From: Actinomycetes bacterium
Lineage (GTDB): Bacteria; Actinomycetota; Acidimicrobiia; Spongiisociales; UBA5794
DNA: 63,482 bases
Assembly: GCA_023336815.1 (NCBI GenBank)
Contig: JAMBLJ010000218.1
Location: 1-63,482, forward strand
Direction of reading: 5' to 3'
Shown: piece by piece, positions 30,820 through 40,594 of the stretch
Position numbering within the stretch: position 1 is the stretch's first letter
Layout: the number at the start of each line of letters is the position of its first letter
Notes under the pieces: generated by a model
Seen by the model: the letters and a program-made list of their open reading frames with translations, nothing else
Told to the model about the DNA's origin: nothing
Databases searched by the model: none
Position numbers and translations under genes: made by a program

Positions 30820-31503
30820 TTATCGATCGCGTGCGGCGCTGACCTCATCCACCGACAATCGGCGGAAGGTGCGCCGACCGGCTGAGCGATCCAGAAGTCC
30901 CGTTTCCCAGGCCTCATCGGGAATCTGTCTCTCGGCAGCTTGCTCGATGGCGCCACAGATCAGGTCAAGAGCATCGTCAACCCCGAGCGTGGGAGCTATC
31001 GATTCAGCGAGCTGTTCCTGAATCGCTTCTTCGCCGGCACCGAGCACCACGAGAATGTGAGCATCACGAAGTGTCCCATCGAACTGGATCCGGAAAAGTT
31101 GGTCGGCCTTGACGTCCGCTCCCAGTTGCGCAACGACAATGTCGACTTCGTACGGTTTTACCTCGTGCGAGAAGATCTGGCCGAGTGTCTGAGAGTACGC
31201 GTTTGCAAGGCCTTTCGCCGTGACGTCAGCGCGCGCATATGAGTAACCCTTGAGATCCGCATAACGAACGCCAGCTACCCGTAGTGTCTCGAACTCGTTG
31301 AAACGCCCGACACCAGCAAAGGCCATACGATCGTATACCTCGCCGATCTTGCGCAGCGCTGGCGAGCTGTTCTCGCCGACCATGAGGATGCCCTCTTCGA
31401 GTGTCACCGCAACTATGGGACGCCCTCTCCCGACGCCCTTTCGTGCGAAGTCAGCCCGATCCTTGACGAGCTGCTCCGGCGGAACATAGAACGGTGCGCT
31501 CAT
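30820..31503 (-). CDS. prcA: 20S proteasome alpha subunit
   Basis: PFYVPPEQLVKDRADFARKG, AFAGVGRFNEFE, KPYEVDI, RRTFRRL. Confidence 0.96.
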   Translation of the reverse strand: MSAPFYVPPEQLVKDRADFARKGVGRGRPIVAVTLEEGILMVGENSSPALRKIGEVYDRMAFAGVGRFNEFETLRVAGVRYADLKGYSYARADVTAKGLANAYSQTLGQIFSHEVKPYEVDIVVAQLGADVKADQLFRIQFDGTLRDAHILVVLGAGEEAIQEQLAESIAPTLGVDDALDLICGAIEQAAERQIPDEAWETGLLDRSAGRRTFRRLSVDEVSAARDR

Positions 31504-32297
31504 GGCCGTGCCTCAATTACCTGTGCCGTGATCGTCGCGAGCGTTGCGTCATCTACTTCCTCGACCCCGGTATCTGTTACGAGCACGATGCTGGGGTAGA
31601 TCCCGCGTTTGATATCGGGTCCACCGGTTGCCGAGTCTTCCTCAGCAGCCGAGATAAGAGCTTCGATGGCGACTGACAAGGCTTGTTCGCGGGTGAGACT
31701 CGGCTTCCATGATCCTTTCAGGAAACTTCGTGCTTCTCCCCCACCCGATCCCGTTGTGGCGTAGTTGAGCTCGTCGTATCGACCGCCGACAACATCGAAC
31801 GAGAAAAGGCGGCCGACGTCGTTGGTCTCGTCATAGCCGCAGAAGAGCGGGATGACCACAAGACCTTGAAATGCAAGAGCCAGATTCCCGCGGACCATCC
31901 GGGCGAGGTAGTTCGCTTTGCCTTCAAGGCTGAGTCGTGTGCCCTCGATCTTCTCGTAGTGTTCGAGTTCGGTCTGGAAGAGCTTGATCAGTTCTAACGC
32001 CATTCCAGCGGTACCCGAGATCGCCACTGCAGAATGATCATCTGCTGGATACACCTTGCGGATACGCCGGTGAGCGATGATATTTCCTGCTGTTGCACGG
32101 CGGTCGCCAGCCATCAACACGCCATCTGCCCAGGTCAGGGAGAGCACGGTTGTCGCCTCAGGTACGGGTGACCCGTCCACCGGTCCAGCATCCCATGTTG
32201 GTAGGAGGTTCCTTCGTTCAAGAATCGAAAGGAACGATGCGTCCGACACGTGTTCACCGATGCGAAGAGGCCCGATTGGTTCGGATCGGTCGATCAC
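31500..32297 (-). CDS. prcB: 20S proteasome beta subunit (with propeptide)
   Basis: [48 protein letters not shown]. Confidence 0.96.
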   Translation of the reverse strand: MIDRSEPIGPLRIGEHVSDASFLSILERRNLLPTWDAGPVDGSPVPEATTVLSLTWADGVLMAGDRRATAGNIIAHRRIRKVYPADDHSAVAISGTAGMALELIKLFQTELEHYEKIEGTRLSLEGKANYLARMVRGNLALAFQGLVVIPLFCGYDETNDVGRLFSFDVVGGRYDELNYATTGSGGGEARSFLKGSWKPSLTREQALSVAIEALISAAEEDSATGGPDIKRGIYPSIVLVTDTGVEEVDDATLATITAQVIEARP

Positions 32298-32479
32298 TGG
32301 CCGCCCTTCTGGACGTAGTTCTTCACGAACTCTTCGGCGTTCTCTTCGAGAACCGAATCGATCTCATCGAGGAGATCGTCGATCTTGTCTGTCACCTCAT
32401 CGCCACGTGCAGTTGTAGTGTCCTGAGCCGTTTTCTCTGGCTCGGTCTTTTTCCGGGTCGATCGTTCTCTTTCAGTCAT
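32294..32479 (-). CDS. pup: Prokaryotic ubiquitin-like protein Pup (GGQ type)
   Basis: [28 protein letters not shown]. Confidence 0.97.
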   Translation of the reverse strand: MTERERSTRKKTEPEKTAQDTTTARGDEVTDKIDDLLDEIDSVLEENAEEFVKNYVQKGGQ

Positions 32480-33953
32480 CGTCGCCTCCCAGTTTCTTGA
32501 TCAATGTTGCTGCGTCAGGGCTAGCGTCAAGCAGATCCTCGACGAGGTCCCTCGTTCCCCGTAGTGGGTCAAGCATAGGAACACGGATCAGTGTCGTAGC
32601 CCCGGTGTCGAGGACGAGCGAATCCCAGTTCGCCGAAACGACCGAGTCACGGTACCTTCGCAACGTCTCTCCCCTGAACCAAGCTCGCGTTTCAGGGGGT
32701 GGGTGAGCAACGGCGTTCGCAACTTCGTGATCGGTGAACAGGGTGCGCATCCGACCGGATGCTACGAGCTTGTGGTAGAGACCGCGATCGATGTTGACAT
32801 CGTGATATTGCAAGTCGAGAAGTTTCAGCTTCGCATCGGTCCAGTCCAGACCATCCCGCTCTCGATACGCCTCAAGTATGCCAAGTTTCGCTGCCCAATC
32901 CAGCCGATCGGCGACAGACCGCCACCCTCTCGCGACGTCTTGCAGCAGGTCTCTCCATTCGTTGAGCACCTGCTTGTAGACGGGTGAGATATCGGCCGTG
33001 GCTGCATACCTCTCTGCCATTTCGTAGAAGGTCCACTGGAGTTCGAGGGCAGTTGCCCTGGTGCCGTCGCGCAGTTCGAGCGGCTGATCGAAAGTGAGGT
33101 CTCTGCTTACGGTTGTCACATCCTGAACGGGAGTGGCGAGGCGGATCGGATCGTCGAGAGCGCCCTCTTCGAGGGCCATCAGGATGAGGGAGGTGGATCC
33201 AAGCTTGACGAAGGTCTGAATCTCGGACATCGTGGCGTCTCCAAAGATCACGTGGAGTCGCCGATACAGTGCTGGATCCGCGTGGGGTTCGTCCCGCGTG
33301 TTTATGATCGGGCGCTTGAGTGTCGTCTCGAGTCCGATCTCCTCCTCGAAGAAGTCCCCACGCTGAGTGATCTGGAAGCCGATCGATGGGTGACCGTGTT
33401 CGGCGCCGACCTTGCCCGAGCCGGTGAGGATCTGGCGGGACACGAGGAACGATGTGAGATGGTGGACGATATCGCCGAAATTGACGGCGCGGTCGACGAG
33501 ATAGTTCTCGTGGGCACCGTATGAGTTCCCTTTGCCGTCGCTGTTGTTCTTGTGGAGGACGAGCCTTTGATTGGCGGGGAGATGCCTCGCGGCCGATGAT
33601 GCCGCCGACCGCATGACGGCCTCACCGGCCTTGTCATAGAGAGCCGCTGAGAGTGGATCGATGCATTCGGGTGACGAGTACTCGGGGTGGGCGTGATCGA
33701 CGTACAGTCGTGCTCCGTTGTCGAGGACCGCGTTGACGAGACCTGAGTCTGTTTCGTCGATGGGTACCTCGCCGAGTGTGAATCCTCGTGCATCGCGTCC
33801 TGGACTTTCATCATCATAAGACCACGAAATCCTGTCCGCTCCGTCGCCGTAGCCATTGACGACCAGAGCAGAGGCGGTCACGGGATTGAACGCGGGGTCG
33901 TTCAGGATGGTGACCCCGTACTCAACCTCGGTTCCGATGACTCGTTTATGCAT
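32472..33953 (-). CDS. dop: Pup deamidase/depupylase Dop
   Basis: [75 protein letters not shown]. Confidence 0.97.
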   Translation of the reverse strand: MHKRVIGTEVEYGVTILNDPAFNPVTASALVVNGYGDGADRISWSYDDESPGRDARGFTLGEVPIDETDSGLVNAVLDNGARLYVDHAHPEYSSPECIDPLSAALYDKAGEAVMRSAASSAARHLPANQRLVLHKNNSDGKGNSYGAHENYLVDRAVNFGDIVHHLTSFLVSRQILTGSGKVGAEHGHPSIGFQITQRGDFFEEEIGLETTLKRPIINTRDEPHADPALYRRLHVIFGDATMSEIQTFVKLGSTSLILMALEEGALDDPIRLATPVQDVTTVSRDLTFDQPLELRDGTRATALELQWTFYEMAERYAATADISPVYKQVLNEWRDLLQDVARGWRSVADRLDWAAKLGILEAYRERDGLDWTDAKLKLLDLQYHDVNIDRGLYHKLVASGRMRTLFTDHEVANAVAHPPPETRAWFRGETLRRYRDSVVSANWDSLVLDTGATTLIRVPMLDPLRGTRDLVEDLLDASPDAATLIKKLGGDDD

Positions 33954-33959
33954 GGATGA

Positions 33960-35672
33960 TCAGAGGTATTGGCCGGGTGAGACGGCCTCGATGGCTCGTT
34001 GGTCGCCATCACCCTCGATGAGCGTGCGGACGTAGACGATACGCTCCCCCTTCTTCCCAGAAATCCGGGCCCAGTCGTCGGGGTTCGTCGTATTGGGGAG
34101 GTCCTCGTGCTCGCGGAATTCCTGGCGCACGGCAGCGGTCAGATCATCGAGTTTGAGACCTGATGCCTCTCCGGCGATCTCCCGCTTGATCGCATCCTTC
34201 TTCGCTCGGCGAACGATGTTCTCGATCATCGCACCCGATGCGAAGTCCTTGAAGTAGAGCTCTTCTCGATCACCGTTCGCGTACGTGACCTCGAGGAATC
34301 GGTTCCGCGTCCCTTCCGCATACATCGCGTCCACGGCCCGTTCGATCGCGGCCTGTCGCATCCGTTCAGTGTCCCCGTGGTCAGCCACTTCATCGGGGTT
34401 GTACGGAAGGCTCGATGTCAGGTAGATGTCGAAGATCTTCGTCGCAGCTTCCCTTGAGGGACGCTCGATCTTGATCTTGACATCGAGACGACCCGGTCGC
34501 AGGATCGCAGGGTCTATGAGATCCTCTCGGTTCGACGCACCGATAACGATCACGTTCTTGAGTGACTCCACGCCGTCGAGTTCGCTGAGGAGCTGTGGAA
34601 CTATGGTTGACTCCACGTCAGAAGACACGCCGGTTCCTCTCGTCCTGAACAGAGAGTCCATCTCATCGAAGAAGACGATGACCGGTACACCCTCATCAGA
34701 CTTTTCCTTGGCTCGCTGGAAGATCAAGCGTATCTGGCGCTCGGTCTCGCCTACGTACTTGTTCAGCAGCTCGGGTCCCTTGATGTTGAGGAAGTACGAG
34801 CGTGTGTCGTCTCCGTTAGATCGGTCCCCCACCGCCTTGGCAAGCGAATTGGCAACTGCCTTGGCGATGAGCGTCTTTCCGCAACCTGGCGGACCGTAGA
34901 GGAGGACACCCTTTGGTGCTGCGAGGTCATAGGCGGCGAACCTCTCCCGGTGAAGGTATGGCAACTCGACGGCGTCCTGGATGATCTCGATCTGCTCGGC
35001 AAGCCCCCCGATGTCGTCGTAGGTGATGTTGGGGACCTCTTCAAGAACGAGCTCCTCGACTTCGGGACGATCGAGCTTCTCGAGTACCAGACCGGTCTTC
35101 GTTTCGAGCCGTACATGGTCGCCAGCGCGTAGGTACACGTCCTGTGCCGGCGCTCCGAGGGTTACAACGCGTTCCTCGTCGCCGCGCGTCAGCACAACGA
35201 TCCGGTCGTCATCGATGCACTCCTTGACGGTCGCTATCTCGCCTGTCAGTTCGAATGCTCGTACATCAACCACGTTGAAAGCTTCGTTGAGTATGACCTC
35301 TTGACCCCTGAGCAGTTCCTTGATCTCGACTGACGGTTCGACAGCGACGCGAAGCTTTCGTCCGGAGGATGTGACGTCGACCGTTCCGTCGACGTTCACC
35401 TGAAGGACTGTTCCAAACGGGTTGGGTGGTGCGGTGAGCTTTTCAACTTCATCGCGTAGGAGTGCGAGCTGCTCGCGGGTCTCGCTGAGCGCTGTGCCTA
35501 ACTTCTCGTTCTGAGAGGTCGCCTGTGACAACTGGTTGCGGACATCGATCAGACGCTCCTCGAGAAGACGGACGCGTCGCGGAGCGTCGTGCAAACGACG
35601 GCGCAGGACAGCGATCTCTTCTTCAAGCTCACGTATCGTCGCGGCTTGTTCTCCCGGTTGGCTGTCGGACAT
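33960..35672 (-). CDS. arc: Proteasomal AAA ATPase ARC/Mpa
   Basis: N-terminal coiled coil, [36 protein letters not shown]-terminal GQYL. SD GGAGG before ATG 35672. Confidence 0.97.
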   Translation of the reverse strand: MSDSQPGEQAATIRELEEEIAVLRRRLHDAPRRVRLLEERLIDVRNQLSQATSQNEKLGTALSETREQLALLRDEVEKLTAPPNPFGTVLQVNVDGTVDVTSSGRKLRVAVEPSVEIKELLRGQEVILNEAFNVVDVRAFELTGEIATVKECIDDDRIVVLTRGDEERVVTLGAPAQDVYLRAGDHVRLETKTGLVLEKLDRPEVEELVLEEVPNITYDDIGGLAEQIEIIQDAVELPYLHRERFAAYDLAAPKGVLLYGPPGCGKTLIAKAVANSLAKAVGDRSNGDDTRSYFLNIKGPELLNKYVGETERQIRLIFQRAKEKSDEGVPVIVFFDEMDSLFRTRGTGVSSDVESTIVPQLLSELDGVESLKNVIVIGASNREDLIDPAILRPGRLDVKIKIERPSREAATKIFDIYLTSSLPYNPDEVADHGDTERMRQAAIERAVDAMYAEGTRNRFLEVTYANGDREELYFKDFASGAMIENIVRRAKKDAIKREIAGEASGLKLDDLTAAVRQEFREHEDLPNTTNPDDWARISGKKGERIVYVRTLIEGDGDQRAIEAVSPGQYL

Positions 35673-35820
35673 CACTACCTCCGATTGTTCCCATCGGCAT
35701 GTTCCGGCCTCCACACGAGTCTAGAACGCATATCTGTGTTTCATCGCGTTCCGCACAATGGTGCAACTGGGTCCGAATGGCCACTACGCTTGCCGGAATG
35801 TTGCCGACCAAGGAACGAAG

Positions 35821-36066
35821 ATGAAGGTCTGGATCGATCAAGATCTCTGCACTGGTGACGGACTCTGCGAGGAAATCGCACCCGACGTGTTCGTGCTACT
35901 CGACGATGGGCTCGCGTACGTTCGTGAGGGCGAAAAGATCTTCGCAGCATCGGAAGGCAACACAGAAGGTGCCAAGGGAATGGCCGAATTCCCCGACGAC
36001 CAGATGGATCTCGTAGTCGAGTCGGCCGAGGAATGTCCCGGCGAGTGCATCTACATCGAGCCCTAG
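35821..36066 (+). CDS. Single-cluster ferredoxin (CxxDxxC...CP)
   Basis: MKVWIDQDLCTGDGLCEEIAPDVF...AEECPGECI. SD AAGGA. Confidence 0.93.
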   Translation: MKVWIDQDLCTGDGLCEEIAPDVFVLLDDGLAYVREGEKIFAASEGNTEGAKGMAEFPDDQMDLVVESAEECPGECIYIEP

Positions 36067-36893
36067 TCGGTTCCGTTCGATGCTCCCGCGGGATGCTTCC
36101 CGCCGTCCTTCAGCCGTTTCCGAGCAACGGTGATGAATCCGGTGTGTCCGATCATTCGATGGTCGGGTCGAACCGATCTACCCTCGATCGTCCACGTACG
36201 CATCATGATCTCGAACGTTGAGATTTCGGTGAACGTCCGCGCATCGTCGAGAGCCTCTCTGTACGTCTGAACCTGCGGAATGGTTGGCAGGTACGTTGCG
36301 ATCGTGCCACCGCCAGCGAGAGCTCTTCTGGCGGGTTCGATGGCATGCCAGGGTTCGGGTAGATCAAGAACGATTCGGTCGGGTCGCACTTCATCGATCA
36401 CGGGCTCGACGTCGCCAACCCGTAGATCGATGTTGTCAGGAACAGAACCGTGGAAGGAACTGATCATCCGCCTGGCGTGTTTTGCGTGATCGTCTCTTCG
36501 CTCCACGCTCACCACTCGCCCGCCACCACCCACGGCACGCGACAGAGCAAGGGTGAGGGCTCCGGATCCGGTCCCCGCCTCGACGACGCGGCATCCGGGG
36601 GCGATGTCAGCCCACGTGAGGAGCGGTCCCGTGTCCTTGGGGTACATCACCGCAGCGCCGCGCTTCATTCGCAGCACGTAATCAGCAAGGCGAGGGCGCA
36701 GCGCAACGAGTGGTGTACCCCTGTTCGTCGTTATCAAGGAACCTTCGGGTGTACCGATGATGTCATCGTGCTCGATAGTGCCCTTGTCCATCTGGAACTG
36801 CACTCCGCCTGCGAGGGAGACGAGGTGCTGGCGTCCTTTCCGATCGGTCAGAAGACACACCTCCCCGTCCAGAAAGTCTGAGCCAGTCGGCAT
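36063..36893 (-). CDS. trmI: tRNA (adenine-N1)-methyltransferase TrmI
   Basis: LRPRLADYV, VMYPKD, EAGTGSGALT, LDLPEPW, RPDHRMIGHTGF. Confidence 0.95.
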   Translation of the reverse strand: MPTGSDFLDGEVCLLTDRKGRQHLVSLAGGVQFQMDKGTIEHDDIIGTPEGSLITTNRGTPLVALRPRLADYVLRMKRGAAVMYPKDTGPLLTWADIAPGCRVVEAGTGSGALTLALSRAVGGGGRVVSVERRDDHAKHARRMISSFHGSVPDNIDLRVGDVEPVIDEVRPDRIVLDLPEPWHAIEPARRALAGGGTIATYLPTIPQVQTYREALDDARTFTEISTFEIMMRTWTIEGRSVRPDHRMIGHTGFITVARKRLKDGGKHPAGASNGTD

Positions 36894-36994
36894 CAGGTGA
36901 TTGAGGGCAGGAGAGCAGCCATGAACGTGAGCACCATCATGGCGACCACAACCCAGATGACGATCTTTATGAACCGATCGTTCTTGCGAGTCAC
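36893..36994 (-). CDS. 33-aa single-TM small protein; not in ORF track
   Basis: MTRKNDRFIKIVIWVVVAMMVLTFMAALLPSIT*. SD GAGG, GTG start, TGATG overlap with the trmI ATG. Confidence 0.75.
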   Translation of the reverse strand: MTRKNDRFIKIVIWVVVAMMVLTFMAALLPSIT

Positions 36995-37278
36995 TATGTC
37001 CTCACGATCGCTTCGCTCACAGCGGCATTACCGCGCAACACTCGTATGCGTACAGTTGAACCGGAGTCCACGACGTGTGTGTAGATAGGTGACCGCTTCC
37101 GCCGTTGGCTGCGTTTCATGTAGACACCCAGACCCATCATGCCGAGTCCAAGTGCAGTCTGCGTGACGGTATGCGAGCTACCTGCGGTTGTTGTGTACCA
37201 CCCAAGACGAACAAGTGGATGGAACCGGATACGGCGGCGATACAGCAGTCGTGTTGTGTTTTGTGCGGGGCGCGTCAC
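36994..37278 (-). CDS. Hypothetical basic membrane-associated protein (94 aa)
   Basis: GTGA overlap with the upstream stop. Central hydrophobic segment TALGLGMMGLGVYM flanked by Arg-rich stretches. Confidence 0.65.
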   Translation of the reverse strand: MTRPAQNTTRLLYRRRIRFHPLVRLGWYTTTAGSSHTVTQTALGLGMMGLGVYMKRSQRRKRSPIYTHVVDSGSTVRIRVLRGNAAVSEAIVRT

Positions 37279-37472
37279 TGCGTGTACACCTCGACGCGAA
37301 TCCGATTGTGTCGTGCGCGCCAAATCGAGAAAGCAACCAATCCAACAACAACAACACCTGCGACGACGCTAACGAGTAGGGCGTTAGATCGCGCTTCTTG
37401 TTCGACGTCGGTCACAACACCTTCTATTTCACGGAGCTTCGCTTCGAGGTCGGCCTTTTGGACGGTTGTCAT
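37275..37472 (-). CDS. Hypothetical 65-aa tail-anchored membrane protein
   Basis: Helical N-terminus KADLEAKLREIEG, TM helix, basic tail. ATGA overlap. Confidence 0.8.
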   Translation of the reverse strand: MTTVQKADLEAKLREIEGVVTDVEQEARSNALLVSVVAGVVVVGLVAFSIWRARHNRIRVEVYTQ

Positions 37473-37810
37473 ACTTCACCTCGGTCAGTTTGTGGGCTCT
37501 CGATGTCGTGGACGCTGCGATCTGGTGCGAACTTGACGAGGACGGTCATGAAGCCAGCCAGGAGGATAGCGAAAACGACATAGGAGAGAGCCTCCCAGTA
37601 CGGACTGTCGGGGAGTACATCGTACAGAGCACGCAGACCAGCGACAGACAACAAGACAACGGCAGCTGCCCAAATCGCTGCGGCACCGAGGGAGAACCCT
37701 GCGAAATGGCCGAGCTTCTTCGCTGGCTCAACGGTCTCTTGCAGCAGGTACGACTTCGAGAGTTCGTAGAACTCCTTTATGAGTGCCGGAATGTCCTGAA
37801 TGTCGGCCAT
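37469..37810 (-). CDS. Two-TM membrane protein, phage-holin-like/YqjE-like architecture
   Basis: SYLLQETVEPAKKLG amphipathic segment followed by two TM helices. SD GAGG. Confidence 0.7.
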   Translation of the reverse strand: MADIQDIPALIKEFYELSKSYLLQETVEPAKKLGHFAGFSLGAAAIWAAAVVLLSVAGLRALYDVLPDSPYWEALSYVVFAILLAGFMTVLVKFAPDRSVHDIESPQTDRGEV

Positions 37811-37905
37811 GTTCCTCGTTTCTTTCTCAGCACAGGCTAACCGAACACGAGAATGATGCGTACAGCCCACGGATTCTTGACCAGGTACGACTACGATAGT
37901 TTTTC

Positions 37906-39177
37906 GTGGATATTGATCAGGGTAGACCGATGGCAGATCGCTGCGCCTATCGAGCGAAGCGGAATCTGAAACCGATCGTGGGGGGCCAAGCGGTCTCTCT
38001 GTTCGGCGATTACGTCGCGTTCTTTGTCCTTCCGTACTACATGCTTTCTCTCACCGGTCAAGCCGTTGATCTCGGTCTGACGGCGGCAGCTGAAACCCTT
38101 CCGATGTTGTTGTTCGGTCTGGCAGCTGGTGTCTTCCTTGATCGACGGCGCCGCCTCGGGCGTACGCTGATCGGTGTCGACTTTCTGCGGGCAGCCTTGT
38201 TCGGGATTCTGGCTCTTGTTTCCGGAGCATCCTGGATCACACCCACCTTCATATTCGGGATCGCGTTCTTGATCGGGTCGATGGCCGTCGTCTTCGATTC
38301 CGGGCTTCAGAGCTACATGACCCAGTCACTGGACGAAGACGATCTACTGGCCGCGAATGCCCAACTTGGACTAGCGAGGACGATCACCCTCAGCGTTGGT
38401 CCTCTGGTTGGTGGTTTGATCGTCGCATTCGCTGGGGGGTTTACCCTCGCGTTCGGGATCAACGCAGCGACGTTCCTGGTCTCTGCCCTCTTTCTCGCCG
38501 CTGTTCGGCCTGTTCGTGCTGTTCCGCACCGGACTCAGGAGCGATTTCGCATAGCGATCACGAGCGGTGTCAAGATCCTATTCGCTGAACCGCGGTTGCG
38601 GTGGGCGACCCTGGGCGGCACAGCAACGAACCTCGTGTTCCAGCCGCTGGAGGCGTTGCTCGTATTGTTCGTCGCCACCGAGATCCTCGATCTTGACACC
38701 ATGGAGCAAGGACTTACGGAGAGTGGCCTGCTCATCGGGTTGTTCTTTGCGCTTCAGGCAGCGATCGGGTCGATCGGGGTCGGGTTCGCAGGTCGTGTCG
38801 CACAGCGCGTCCCACTGGGAACCATGTACGTGGCAGGACTCGTGATGCTGGGTGGTGGATTCCTGGTGGTTGCCGTACTCGGATCCTGGATCGCCGTCAT
38901 CCCTGCGGGGATCGCGATTACTGGTGTGACCTGGGTGAACGTTGCCCTTGTAACCCTCCGCCAGAAACTCGCGCCGCCCGAACACATGGGTCGTGTCATC
39001 GCGGCGTCTCGGACGCTTGCATGGGCTGGTCTCCCAATAGGAGCGGCCCTCGGGGGGATCATCGCTGGTCAGGTCGGAGTCGTGGCGGTGTATATAGGCG
39101 GGTCGATCGGTGTACTCGCGGTCGCGGCGTTCCTCACCCGCACCGCTCTCTTCAGAGATCCAGTGATGGGCAAGTAG
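37906..39177 (+). CDS. MFS transporter (EntS/H+ antiporter-like)
   Basis: About 12 hydrophobic segments, GVFLDRRRR motif-A-like, MGRV. Start GTG 37906 or ATG 37930. Confidence 0.9.
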   Translation: MDIDQGRPMADRCAYRAKRNLKPIVGGQAVSLFGDYVAFFVLPYYMLSLTGQAVDLGLTAAAETLPMLLFGLAAGVFLDRRRRLGRTLIGVDFLRAALFGILALVSGASWITPTFIFGIAFLIGSMAVVFDSGLQSYMTQSLDEDDLLAANAQLGLARTITLSVGPLVGGLIVAFAGGFTLAFGINAATFLVSALFLAAVRPVRAVPHRTQERFRIAITSGVKILFAEPRLRWATLGGTATNLVFQPLEALLVLFVATEILDLDTMEQGLTESGLLIGLFFALQAAIGSIGVGFAGRVAQRVPLGTMYVAGLVMLGGGFLVVAVLGSWIAVIPAGIAITGVTWVNVALVTLRQKLAPPEHMGRVIAASRTLAWAGLPIGAALGGIIAGQVGVVAVYIGGSIGVLAVAAFLTRTALFRDPVMGK

Positions 39178-39191
39178 CTACCAACTGCCGT

Positions 39192-39323
39192 TCAGAACTT
39201 CATCCTGCTGGACTTCTTGGTCTTCTTCGAGCCGCGGCGCGAGCTCACGGCCCAGCCGAGGACGAATCCGAACATCACGGCGATCAGGATCCACAGGACG
39301 ATCTGGCTTGCTACGTAGGTCAT
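39192..39323 (-). CDS. 43-aa single-TM protein following OmpA-domain gene (ArfB-like position)
   Basis: [50 protein letters not shown]; starts 1 nt after the OmpA stop. Confidence 0.8.
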   Translation of the reverse strand: MTYVASQIVLWILIAVMFGFVLGWAVSSRRGSKKTKKSSRMKF

Positions 39324-39324
39324 C

Positions 39325-40509
39325 TCATTCCTCCAGGAGAGCTGTGAACTGGATCCTGCGGTTGCGTGCACGTCCAGCATTCGTTTCGTTGTCGGCTATC
39401 GGTTGTGTTTCACCGAACCCGATGACATCGAATCTCTCGGGATCAGCCCCGCCGACTACGAGGTAGTCGAACACGGCGTTGGCCCGTTGTTCAGATAGCA
39501 GCTGATTCTCGATGTCGTCTCCACGTGAGTCGGTGTGACCGGCGATCTCCACCCGGATCTCTTCGACCAGGGAAAGGGCTGCTGAGATCTCATCGAGCAA
39601 TATCTTCCCCGTGTCTGTGAGGTCGAAGCTCTTCACCTCGAACTCAACAACCTTGCCTTCGATGAGCTCATCCAGGTCGACCTGGAGTTCCTCCACCTCT
39701 TCGACTGTCGGCCCGACGTCGAGGAGTCGAATCGCCGGGTTCACATCGAATCCAAGTGTCCCTGCTGTCTCCCTCGTCAGTTCGTTGAGTTCGTCCCTAA
39801 CGGTCTTGTCCTCGGTCTCGCCTGAGACCGTGAGAATGCGGGAGTTCGGATCCACGATCACGCGACCCTCCGGCAAGATAGCTGCTATCCGCTGCACCAG
39901 AGATAACGAAGTCCCGAGCCATGCTGACTCATCTTCGAGTCCTTCGACGGTGCTCAGGTTATCGGTCTGGATGCCACCGGCGAAAGAAGTGTTCAGGGTC
40001 TCTTCGACGAATGCGAGCTTGTCGGCGGTCGATACCGACCCGGCGATCGTGGCGGCGTTTGCAGTCCAGGTGATATCGAAAGCGTCGCCCGTCACCTCGA
40101 TGGCCGCGAGTTCACCTGTCGAGACGGGCCACAAGGTGCCTGCAACATCGGACACGCCAAGGACGGCGTTGACGGCTGCGAACGCTCCATCCTCCGTTTG
40201 TTCAGTTGTGTAGTTGCCGGAGAGCACAACTGAGGTACCAGCAGCATCGGCGGCTACGTCGGGGTATCCGGCGGCGTTGAGCGCCCGCACGGACCTGGAT
40301 TCGATGTCCGCCTCGATGGTTGCAGTGCCGAAGTTAACGGAAGCGATAGCGAGGATGATGAACCCGACGAGAAACGTCAACACGAAACCTACGGAGGACA
40401 TAGGGCTGTCATCGCCGGCATCTTCTCCGAATCGTGGAGCCGCGCTCGGTCGACCGGACGTGTACTTCGATACGTCGCTGACGCTCCTTCCCTTGGATCT
40501 TGTGATCAT
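39325..40509 (-). CDS. Membrane-anchored BON + OmpA-like peptidoglycan-binding protein (ArfA/Rv0899-like architecture)
   Basis: N-terminal TM, BON-like segment, C-terminal IAGHTDSRG...LSEQRANAV...[31 protein letters not shown] before ATG 40509. Confidence 0.88.
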   Translation of the reverse strand: MITRSKGRSVSDVSKYTSGRPSAAPRFGEDAGDDSPMSSVGFVLTFLVGFIILAIASVNFGTATIEADIESRSVRALNAAGYPDVAADAAGTSVVLSGNYTTEQTEDGAFAAVNAVLGVSDVAGTLWPVSTGELAAIEVTGDAFDITWTANAATIAGSVSTADKLAFVEETLNTSFAGGIQTDNLSTVEGLEDESAWLGTSLSLVQRIAAILPEGRVIVDPNSRILTVSGETEDKTVRDELNELTRETAGTLGFDVNPAIRLLDVGPTVEEVEELQVDLDELIEGKVVEFEVKSFDLTDTGKILLDEISAALSLVEEIRVEIAGHTDSRGDDIENQLLSEQRANAVFDYLVVGGADPERFDVIGFGETQPIADNETNAGRARNRRIQFTALLEE

Positions 40510-40594
40510 GTGTTCCTCGCAACGTGGCTTGGGATATCTCGTATGTGTGGTATCCGACGTTGAGGACCCGGTGTTAGGTTCCCGAGTCCTGCCG

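Noticed and set aside
35715-35820. LexA box in the arc/ferredoxin spacer
   Set aside because: GAACGC...GCGTTC arms are about 18 nt apart, not the CGAAC-N4-GTTCG SOS box.
37469-37810. Holin-like gene as prophage evidence
   Set aside because: No endolysin or structural genes; such membrane proteins are common chromosomal genes.
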